DNA of 64,000 bases from Thermoplasmatales archaeon (lineage in GTDB: Archaea > Thermoplasmatota > Thermoplasmata > Thermoplasmatales > GCA-001856825): the NCBI GenBank assembly GCA_038729485.1, contig JAVYRX010000002.1:124739-188738 (forward strand), in the 5' to 3' direction. Shown here piece by piece: positions 56,827 through 64,000 of the stretch. How positions within the stretch are numbered: the first letter of the stretch is position 1; every line of letters starts with the position of its first letter. The notes below the pieces were generated by a model. That model ran no database searches and was not told the origin of the DNA. It saw nothing but the letters and a program-made list of their open reading frames with translations. The position numbers and the translations under genes were made by a program.

Positions 56827-57930
56827 TTGAGCAATGTGTTTACGCTGGTTAGATACTCGGAAATAGGTACTAAGGGCGACAATAGAGGATATTTTGAGGA
56901 ATTACTGAGAAGAAACATAATGGCCAAATTAAATGAAAATTCCATCTGGGGCGAAGTCGGCATCGAAGAATCAAGGCTTGTGATCGAATCTCATGAGCCT
57001 CTTGAAGGCATCCTTTCCAAGATTTTCGGCATCTCTTCATTTTCTGTGGCAACTAGGGTGAATTCCACTCCTGACGAAATTGAAGACGCTCTTTCCGGGA
57101 TTTCTGTAAAGGGCAGTTTCAGGGTTACAGTGAATAGGAGAGACAAAAGCTTTCCCTTTACCTCGCAGGAGTATTCAGCTCGTCTAGGAGAGTTGATCCT
57201 GAGCAGGAATCCGGGGGCCAAGGTTAGCCTTAGGGATTACGATGTAAACGTTGGGGTGGACATAGGATCCAGGTTCACATACATATATGACAATTCCCTC
57301 AGCGGGCCAGGGGGTATGCCTGTTAGATCTCAGGGGAAAGGTGTTGCGTTGATTTCAGGAGGAATAGATTCCCCGGTGGCAGCGTACATGATGATGAAGA
57401 GGGGAATGGAGCTGAGCTTGATTCACTACTTTCAAAGCTCTCGTCTTCTTGAAAAGGTTATTAGGAACAAAGAATTCCTCGAACAGTTCTCGCCTTACCC
57501 CATTGAGATCAAAATCGTTGATCACAGAAAGATGATAGGAAAGACCGTCATGGAGCTAAGAAAGAGGGGCGAGGAGCGGTGGACGTGCATATTCTGCAAG
57601 AGAGAGATGTACCGCGAGGGGGAAAAGTATGCCGTGGAAATTGGAGCAAAGGGCATAATAACAGGGGAAGACCTGGGACAGGTCGCAAGCCAGACGCTGG
57701 AAAATCTAAATACGATAGAAGAGAAAACGACTATCCCAGTTTTCAGACCCCTGATAGGGTTTGACAAGCTGGAGATAGAACAACTATCAGAGAAGATAGG
57801 ACTTTTCGATATATTCCTCTCGGACACGACATCGTGCGACTGCTACTTCCTCCCACCTAGACCAAGGACGAGGAGTTCCATAGAGGAATTCAAATTGATC
57901 GAAGAAAAGATTTCAGAAAGATCCTCATGA
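56827..57930 (+). CDS. thiI: tRNA 4-thiouridine synthase ThiI (THUMP + PP-loop, no rhodanese domain)
   Basis: N-terminal RYSEIGTKGDNR and PP-loop LISGGIDSPVA. It has a TTG start. Confidence 0.85.
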   Translation: MSNVFTLVRYSEIGTKGDNRGYFEELLRRNIMAKLNENSIWGEVGIEESRLVIESHEPLEGILSKIFGISSFSVATRVNSTPDEIEDALSGISVKGSFRVTVNRRDKSFPFTSQEYSARLGELILSRNPGAKVSLRDYDVNVGVDIGSRFTYIYDNSLSGPGGMPVRSQGKGVALISGGIDSPVAAYMMMKRGMELSLIHYFQSSRLLEKVIRNKEFLEQFSPYPIEIKIVDHRKMIGKTVMELRKRGEERWTCIFCKREMYREGEKYAVEIGAKGIITGEDLGQVASQTLENLNTIEEKTTIPVFRPLIGFDKLEIEQLSEKIGLFDIFLSDTTSCDCYFLPPRPRTRSSIEEFKLIEEKISERSS

Positions 57931-58844
57931 TATCGACTATAAGGCTATATTTGTTAGGGACAGGAGGGTCCTGGCCTACCCCTCAGAGGAACACTCTCAG
58001 CATAGCACTCCGAGTTGACGATGAGGCAATACTCTTCGACTGTGGGGAGAGTACCCAGACATCATTGATGAAAAGCTCCCTTTCCATGATGAAAATAAAC
58101 AGAATTTTCATAACCCACTACCACGGAGATCATTTCCTTGGCCTGCCTGGCCTAATACAAACCATGAGCTTTTACGGGCGGACGGAGCCATTGGAAATTT
58201 ACGGTCCCGTTGGGTCATCCACCATATTGGGAAACCTGCTCTCCATCGGATATTACTCCCTTAATTTTGACATCAAAATAAATGATCTTGAAGGCGGAAA
58301 TACCCTGGATTTTGGTGATTATTCCATACATACGGCTAAGGCGAACCACACTATTCCTGCTCTCTCCTATGCATTCTTGGAAAAGGACGTTCCAAAATTC
58401 GACGAGAGAAAAATACAGGATGCCGGAATTCCAAGAACACTGCTGGAAAAGATAAGGCGGCAGGGGCGTGCTGACTTTAAGGGAAGAACAATAGAAATGA
58501 AGGAGATCTCGGCAGGAATAAGGAAGGGGAGGAAAATATCATATTCAGGGGATACCAGAAGGGATCCCGGTTTGATTAATCTCTTCAGGGATTCTACAAT
58601 TCTCATTCATGAAGCCACGGGAGATTCGTCTAACAAGGAGAAGGTTGTCGCATATGGTCATTCTACTGGGGCAGATGCCGCAATTCAAGCGAGAGAATCT
58701 GGCTCCAAGAAACTAATTCTACTACATTTTAGCCCAAGGTACAATGATATCAGACCCATTGTCGATGAGGCAAGAGCTATTTTCTCCAACGTTTTGGCAG
58801 GTGAAGAACTTGCTGAAATAGAAGTTGGTATCAATGATAGATAA
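57927..58844 (+). CDS. rnz: Ribonuclease Z
   Basis: 305 aa metallo-beta-lactamase with THYHGDH, and GTGGSWPT at the N-terminus. Confidence 0.85.
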   Translation: MISTIRLYLLGTGGSWPTPQRNTLSIALRVDDEAILFDCGESTQTSLMKSSLSMMKINRIFITHYHGDHFLGLPGLIQTMSFYGRTEPLEIYGPVGSSTILGNLLSIGYYSLNFDIKINDLEGGNTLDFGDYSIHTAKANHTIPALSYAFLEKDVPKFDERKIQDAGIPRTLLEKIRRQGRADFKGRTIEMKEISAGIRKGRKISYSGDTRRDPGLINLFRDSTILIHEATGDSSNKEKVVAYGHSTGADAAIQARESGSKKLILLHFSPRYNDIRPIVDEARAIFSNVLAGEELAEIEVGINDR

Positions 58845-59730
58845 GCCTGACATTTATGAGGAGTTTTACAGGCTTCTTGCGCAGATCCCTGAGGGGTATG
58901 TTTCCACTTATGGCGACCTTGCACTCCAATTAGGTGACATAGTTGCTTCCAGGGCCGTAGGGCAAATGCTTTCTGAAAACGAAGAACCAGATGTTCTGCC
59001 CTGTTACAGAGTGGTTATGTCCGATGGAGGAGTCGGGGGATATACGCATCCAGACGGAGTCAACGAAAAGATAAGGAGATTAAGAAAGGACGGAATCCAA
59101 ATAGTTAACGGAAAGGTGGAGAATATGGACAAATTTAGATTCACAGAGTTTAAATCTACCTTCCCACTGAAAAGATACACCGACCAGATCATGAAGCTGA
59201 ACATCTACAAGGATGATGGGAAAGCTGAGCCTTTGAGAGCCATAGACGTGTCGTATGCAGGAAGAATTGGCGTGGGCGTAGCGGTCGACATAGGAAAAGA
59301 AAATACGTTTCAAGTCTTAGTTAAGAAGGTTAGGGCCCCTTACATCCCCAACTACCTTTATCTGCGAGAGGGGGAAATTCTGGAAGGTCTCCTGTCAAAA
59401 GAAAGATTCAACGTAGTAGATGGAAATGGGAGTCTCCATCCTCTGGAGAGAGGAATTGCAACCGTTGCGGGGGCCAATACTGGAAACTCTACGGTGGGGA
59501 TAGCTAAAAAACTGCTGATGGGAAACGTGATAGGAAATGATGTCTTTCTAGGAAAGAAACTGGTTGCCAAAAAATTGGGAAAGTACTTTGTTTCATATGG
59601 CTACGGAGTTCCTCTTGAGAGGGCACTTTCAGTGCTTCGGAGGGTTGACGAGTTCCCTCCGACAAAGCTTCCGGACAGGCTCTCTAGGAGGTATAGGGAT
59701 AATGTTCTGCTTGCTGAAAATAGCTTATGA
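58825..59730 (+). CDS. nfi: Fusion protein: alkyltransferase-like (MGMT C-terminal domain) + endonuclease V
   Basis: The N-terminal ~100 aa (VSTYGDLA...RAVGQMLS...LPCYRVVMSDGGVGGY) matches the MGMT DNA-binding/active-site domain. The C-terminal part (AIDVSYAG, YIPNYLYLREG, VDGNGSLHP...GIA) matches EndoV. Confidence 0.75.
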   Translation: MVSMIDKPDIYEEFYRLLAQIPEGYVSTYGDLALQLGDIVASRAVGQMLSENEEPDVLPCYRVVMSDGGVGGYTHPDGVNEKIRRLRKDGIQIVNGKVENMDKFRFTEFKSTFPLKRYTDQIMKLNIYKDDGKAEPLRAIDVSYAGRIGVGVAVDIGKENTFQVLVKKVRAPYIPNYLYLREGEILEGLLSKERFNVVDGNGSLHPLERGIATVAGANTGNSTVGIAKKLLMGNVIGNDVFLGKKLVAKKLGKYFVSYGYGVPLERALSVLRRVDEFPPTKLPDRLSRRYRDNVLLAENSL

Positions 59731-60463
59731 CGATACTTTCCATGGCTTTCAGATTCAGCCAGACGTCAGAACAGTCCAGGGTGAAATACTCAAAGCCATC
59801 ACCCCTTTGGGCATCACAAGAGTTCTATCGTCTTCAAGGACAGATTCACATGTGAGATCGGCGGCAACAATCATTGAGGTGGAGTTTGACGATGCATTAA
59901 AGTTGTGCAGGATCATAGATTCAATCGATGGGATTGCCGTTACCTCATATTCTACCAGCGAGTCCTTTCTGAATCTAAGATCTCGAATAAAGAAGGAGTA
60001 CTGGTACATCTCCCCCCTTCACACAGATGAGGCCAAATTATCCAAGGCGATTGGGGAATTCCTAGAAGGAAACATAAGCAATTTTTCCAGGGACAGAACG
60101 AAAAAGGTAATGCTTGAGACCATTTCAGATGTCAGCGGCGAAACGTTCACTCTTCTAAAATTTTTAGGTAAATCCTTTTCCTGGAACTTTGTGCGTATAG
60201 CGGCTGAAAGCATTTTGAGAAGAAGCCTGGGGCAGGTAACAGACGAGGACTGGGATGATATGCTCCATGGGAAAAAATATTCAAGGTTCAAGGGTAGCCC
60301 GGAAAACCTTATACTCGTTGACGTAAAAACCGATCTTGCCTTTACCTCGTATGAATCTAAAAAAATACAAAAGATAAGGGCATCGACTCTAGCCCAGGTT
60401 GCCTGGTCCCATTTCGTAGATAGTTCAACACTCGAATTTGTGAGAAAGGTTTTTCCGCCATAA
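59702..60463 (+). CDS. truA: tRNA pseudouridine synthase A (TruA/Pus3-like)
   Basis: N-terminal KIAYDDTFHGFQIQP and a catalytic Asp motif SSRTDSHVRSA. The start was moved to ATG 59702. Confidence 0.75.
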   Translation: MFCLLKIAYDDTFHGFQIQPDVRTVQGEILKAITPLGITRVLSSSRTDSHVRSAATIIEVEFDDALKLCRIIDSIDGIAVTSYSTSESFLNLRSRIKKEYWYISPLHTDEAKLSKAIGEFLEGNISNFSRDRTKKVMLETISDVSGETFTLLKFLGKSFSWNFVRIAAESILRRSLGQVTDEDWDDMLHGKKYSRFKGSPENLILVDVKTDLAFTSYESKKIQKIRASTLAQVAWSHFVDSSTLEFVRKVFPP

Positions 60464-60471
60464 TCCAGAGT

Positions 60472-61086
60472 TTATTGAGTAATCAATGCCATGTCGTCCG
60501 CAATGTGTTGCAATCGCAAACCTCTAGTCCTGGCAAAATCAGCCGGTGCATCTGACCAATCGTAATTATCCACTATTATTAGGAATTGAGAGTTCAGGTA
60601 TTGAAGAACCGTTTCAAGTTCAAACATTACGTTGCCGTAAGAATGGTCCGAATCATGAAAGAAAACATCCACCTTCCCTACCTGCATGAGTACACCGGCA
60701 AGCATCTCTGATGTTCTCCCCTTCACGTACTTTAGATTCTTTTTTAAATCCTCAGGAATGACAAATCCAACCTCTTTGTCCCCTTTGCCATACGGCTCAC
60801 CAGGATCAATGCTGATAACCTTTGCATCGCGACCGATTGCATAAAGAATCGCCGTAGTAGAGACTCCAGGACCCATCCCTGTTTCTATGACAACGTTTGG
60901 TCTCTTTGCGGCTATCAATGAATAGAGCGCCTTAACTTCATCCTTTGTAATCTGCCAGTAGCGACCGCTGCCGATTACGCTTCTTACATGTTTCCACACC
61001 TCCAAACTACCTTCCACAATTCTCTTAGTTGCCACAGGATCGTCAGTAAGTTTATTCATATTGATCCAGAATTCCCTACTCAGCAT
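60472..61086 (-). CDS. Class I SAM-dependent methyltransferase (O-MT/Methyltransf_24-like)
   Basis: Motif I VIETGMGPGVST and an acidic loop ISIDP. The substrate is unknown. Confidence 0.6.
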   Translation of the reverse strand: MLSREFWINMNKLTDDPVATKRIVEGSLEVWKHVRSVIGSGRYWQITKDEVKALYSLIAAKRPNVVIETGMGPGVSTTAILYAIGRDAKVISIDPGEPYGKGDKEVGFVIPEDLKKNLKYVKGRTSEMLAGVLMQVGKVDVFFHDSDHSYGNVMFELETVLQYLNSQFLIIVDNYDWSDAPADFARTRGLRLQHIADDMALITQ

Positions 61087-61201
61087 TGTGTCTTCTTTTA
61101 ATTAATTTATAAATGCATTTCGTCACTATCTTGGTAAATCTAAAAAATACAAAAATGGGATGATACAATACAGTTTTATTGTATATTGAGATCATAGCAG
61201 A

Positions 61202-62563
61202 ATGAAAATTTGCGTAAATAGCCAAACGCCAGTAGTCAGGTTTAAACTAAGTTATGAAAACCTACTTGAAAAATATGGCACTCTCTCCGACCCTTTGAAT
61301 GTAAAGGAACTAGAAGAGGGTGTTGATTACGAGTTTACCCCTGGCGGAGTTACAAACATGATATTTCCCTCCGTCAAGAAAATGATTCAAAACGGGTCTA
61401 TAAGTAATGCAGTCTGGGTAGCCCTTGGAGTGAACTCTCCTCCGAACGTTATTGTCGACGATATCCTGATTTCTCATGTTGAGATAGAGGAGAATGTCCT
61501 TAGAGAGTATACCTGGTTTAAGGAAAACCTCTGGAATGAAATCCACGGGATCAGTAACGGAAAGTTTACAACAGATGGTTTCAGGGCTTACGCTCACTAC
61601 AACTGGATCAACGCCAGGAAAATGTTCGATTACATAAAGGATGCTGACATCTTTTACATTCAGGACTTCCAGCTACTTCTCACTGGAACATTCATAGGGC
61701 CACCTGCCCCAGCATTGCTGAGATGGCATGTCCCGTTGGTACCTAGTGTCCTCAGCGATCTCTCTAAGAGAATAATTATAAAAGGGATGGAGAGCTTTGA
61801 CGCAGTAATCGTAAGTACGAGGCGGGATCTAGAAGGCCTAGTCAATTCTGATTTCAGAGGAAAAGCATTCCAGCTTTATCCATACATTGATCCCGGAGAA
61901 TGGTACCCTCCCGCAGGAAACGATGAGATAGACAAACTAAAGGAGAAGATCAAACTGAAGGATGATGAAAAACTCATTGTTTTGGTTGCTCGGATGGATA
62001 GGATAAAGTCCCAGGATGTCGGCATAAAGGCTCTTGCTATTTTATCAAAGAAGATAAAGTGCAAGCTTCTTCTGATAGGTAATGGAAGCTTCTCTTCTTC
62101 ACAGAAAGGTGGCCTTGGCTATGGAAAAGGTGCATCCTGGAGAAGAGAGCTAGAAAACATATCAAGAGAACTTGGGGTTTCGGACAGAGTTTTTTTCATG
62201 GGGCATTCTACGCAAGAGGAGCTAAAAGCAGCATATTCTCTATCTTCAGTTGTTCTCCTTACATCAAACATCGAGGGTTTCGGCATAACGGTTCTTGAAG
62301 GATGGATACATAAGAAACCAGTGGTGGTAAGTAGTGGTGCTGGCGCGAGCGAGCTTGTAATAAATGGATCTAATGGTTACGTTTTCCCCGCGGGAGATTA
62401 CGAGAAGGCAGCAGAGATGATCTTAAAAGCGATTACAGGCGATCCGGATAAACTGGGCGAATATGGATACGAGAGCGCGAGACAGTGCCTGATTGATGTC
62501 TCCGTCGAGCGGGAAAAAGCCATACTGGACGAAACCAGCAAGCAATTCAGACTTGAACAGTAA
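61202..62563 (+). CDS. GT-B glycosyltransferase (GT4-type C-terminal domain)
   Basis: The C-terminal half carries the GT1/GT4 pattern (LLLIGNG...LTSNIEGFGITVLEGW). The N-terminal half is atypical. Confidence 0.7.
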   Translation: MKICVNSQTPVVRFKLSYENLLEKYGTLSDPLNVKELEEGVDYEFTPGGVTNMIFPSVKKMIQNGSISNAVWVALGVNSPPNVIVDDILISHVEIEENVLREYTWFKENLWNEIHGISNGKFTTDGFRAYAHYNWINARKMFDYIKDADIFYIQDFQLLLTGTFIGPPAPALLRWHVPLVPSVLSDLSKRIIIKGMESFDAVIVSTRRDLEGLVNSDFRGKAFQLYPYIDPGEWYPPAGNDEIDKLKEKIKLKDDEKLIVLVARMDRIKSQDVGIKALAILSKKIKCKLLLIGNGSFSSSQKGGLGYGKGASWRRELENISRELGVSDRVFFMGHSTQEELKAAYSLSSVVLLTSNIEGFGITVLEGWIHKKPVVVSSGAGASELVINGSNGYVFPAGDYEKAAEMILKAITGDPDKLGEYGYESARQCLIDVSVEREKAILDETSKQFRLEQ

Positions 62564-62914
62564 GCTCATATTTTAGCACGTGGCTGATTATTCCAAACCT
62601 GGCAATCTTGTTTTGCCTTACATAAATTGACCGCAACTTCTCACTTAGATTTAAATCAAATTTCTATACTTTCAAACGTAAGAAATGCTCTCATTCTTGA
62701 CGACATTAAAGAACTCTTGTTTTCTTGATGAAATCTATGGAATCTGATGCTAATTTGCGTGGTGCTAGCACCTGGAATGTGATGCTCCAGGATCTATTAT
62801 AAAACGACCTGTAACTGTGTCACGTTTTATTCTATTGAATTTAAAATTTTAGGCATTTTTAGATAAGCGTTCATCTCTCAGTTTAACCTCAGGTTGAGAA
62901 GCGCAATTTAAATG

Positions 62915-63718
62915 CTAATAAGGCGCTGGCGTTCTCGAAGCGACGCTGTCTCTGAATGAATATACAACTATGTAAATTAGCGATATGAACAGGAAGCTGG
63001 TGAAAACATATCTGTACTTATAATCATATTGCGATGTAAATAGGTAGAGACCATAATAGCCTATCAATTCCAGCCCCACATATCTTAAAAGAAAGCCCAG
63101 GGTGCTGACAGTCATGAATGAAGGAAATCTCATCTTGAGCGTCCCGGCCGAAAAAGACGCGGCGCTGTAGAAGAACGGGACAAATGTGGCAAGAAATATC
63201 GAAAAGTTACCGTGTTGCTTTACCCAGTTTGTTGCAACTGACAGTTTGACTTCTGAGATTTCCATGTGCGAGAGTATTTTCTTAAGTACCTTGGAACCCG
63301 CATAGATACCCAGCAAAAATTCAATTGGTACCACAGCACCGCCAACACTTGCAAGAAGGGTAAGATACGGGTTGAAGATGCCAATGGAGCAAAGGTAGCC
63401 GTAGAATGGAATGAGAACGTAGTCCGGAATTGGAAGAAGGAGAATGCTTACGAATATCCCGATGTAACCCGCAAGGAAATCTGCAAACGGAATGGAAATG
63501 TCCGTCAATTTATAAGATTGAACAGAATAGAAATGATAGAATCCATTGAGTAATGCTGCCAAAGCAAGTAAGGCAACGAGAATCGATATTGTGAAGCCGT
63601 AATGCCAATATTTGTGAGTCCTCCTAGCGTTATTCTTCATTTCAATTTCCATGCAACTGATTAGCGTAAGTGATTCCCGATATAGATTAAAAGTTTCCTT
63701 AGTGCGCTTATAGAGCAT
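62915..63718 (-). CDS. Integral membrane protein (possibly DedA/VTT family)
   Basis: Polytopic. LLPIPDYVLIPFYGYL resembles the DedA re-entrant motif. The start is probably an internal Met. Confidence 0.4.
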   Translation of the reverse strand: MLYKRTKETFNLYRESLTLISCMEIEMKNNARRTHKYWHYGFTISILVALLALAALLNGFYHFYSVQSYKLTDISIPFADFLAGYIGIFVSILLLPIPDYVLIPFYGYLCSIGIFNPYLTLLASVGGAVVPIEFLLGIYAGSKVLKKILSHMEISEVKLSVATNWVKQHGNFSIFLATFVPFFYSAASFSAGTLKMRFPSFMTVSTLGFLLRYVGLELIGYYGLYLFTSQYDYKYRYVFTSFLFISLIYIVVYSFRDSVASRTPAPY

Positions 63719-63927
63719 TTGAACCTAGTGAGCCTATCCCCTCTAATTTGGTAAAAGGAGAGACGCAATTTCAAATTCGACAATTTTGGTCTAAAATTTC
63801 AAGTATGTCGGAGCCCAATCAATGTAACCGGGCGCACAGCTTCCTATCGTTAAATTCATTAAGCATACTGAATTTTAGCCACTAGAACTTGAGATAAAAT
63901 AGCATTAAATAATCGTAACGTCTCTAT

Positions 63928-64000
63928 ATGATGATCAGCATGGCGGAGAAACCTACGATTAATTTTGGATTGGAGGGGGTATATGTTGATGAGAGCTCCA
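63928..64000 (+). CDS. 5' end of a CDS, possibly citrate synthase (runs off the window)
   Basis: MMISMAEKPTINFGLEGVYVDESS; the GLEGV...S start resembles citrate synthase N-termini. Only 24 codons are visible. Confidence 0.35.
   Translation, partial: MMISMAEKPTINFGLEGVYVDESS

Noticed and set aside
62726-62747. C/D-box sRNA-like signature: TGATGA, a 12-nt spacer, then CTGA
   Set aside because: Only half of a C/D architecture is present. There is no properly spaced C'/D box pair, no terminal stem, and a T rather than a purine precedes the C box. An occurrence like this by chance is not negligible in 64 kb.
1-64000. Search for CRISPR arrays, IS elements or transposases, integrases, and toxin-antitoxin or multi-gene defence loci
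   Set aside because: No regularly spaced direct repeats were seen by eye. No DDE, serine or tyrosine recombinase-like ORFs and no defence-type ATPase/nuclease clusters are present. The only accessory-looking DNA is the two decayed tRNA-adjacent patches reported above.

Overview
This is a dense, mostly housekeeping chromosomal segment of a euryarchaeon, at roughly one gene per kb with many 1-30 nt gene overlaps. The gene content points to a Thermoplasmata/Thermoplasmatales-like lineage. Supporting features are a thermosome, a type V FBP aldolase/phosphatase, ADP-forming acetyl-CoA synthetase, an XPB-Bax1 pair, an alkyltransferase-EndoV fusion, a Zn-ribbon NAPRTase and a stand-alone 5S rRNA gene. 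This taxonomy is an inference from gene content only.

I can support about 65 protein genes, 3 tRNAs (Thr-UGU, Val-UAC, Pro-CGG) and one orphan 5S rRNA. I found no CRISPR array, no intact transposase or integrase, and no obvious complete defence system.

The points most worth a second look:
1. A 138-aa cysteine-free mini-intein starts with Thr and sits inside the CX3CX2C radical-SAM motif of QueE.
2. Two AT-rich, ORF-poor patches abut the 3' ends of tRNA-Val and tRNA-Pro. The first carries an intact orphan amino-methyltransferase (unusual motif order, HPPY motif IV) flanked by frameshifted gene debris, and is bounded by a 14-15 nt direct repeat.
3. A pantoate-kinase-like GHMP kinase is coupled to CoaBC in a lineage reported to lack it.
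4. A SufR-like Cys-rich wHTH regulator lies divergent from sufCBDSU.
5. The alkyltransferase domain of the AGT-EndoV fusion carries PCYR instead of PCHR.

Everything was read by eye and from memory of family motifs. No searches were run.
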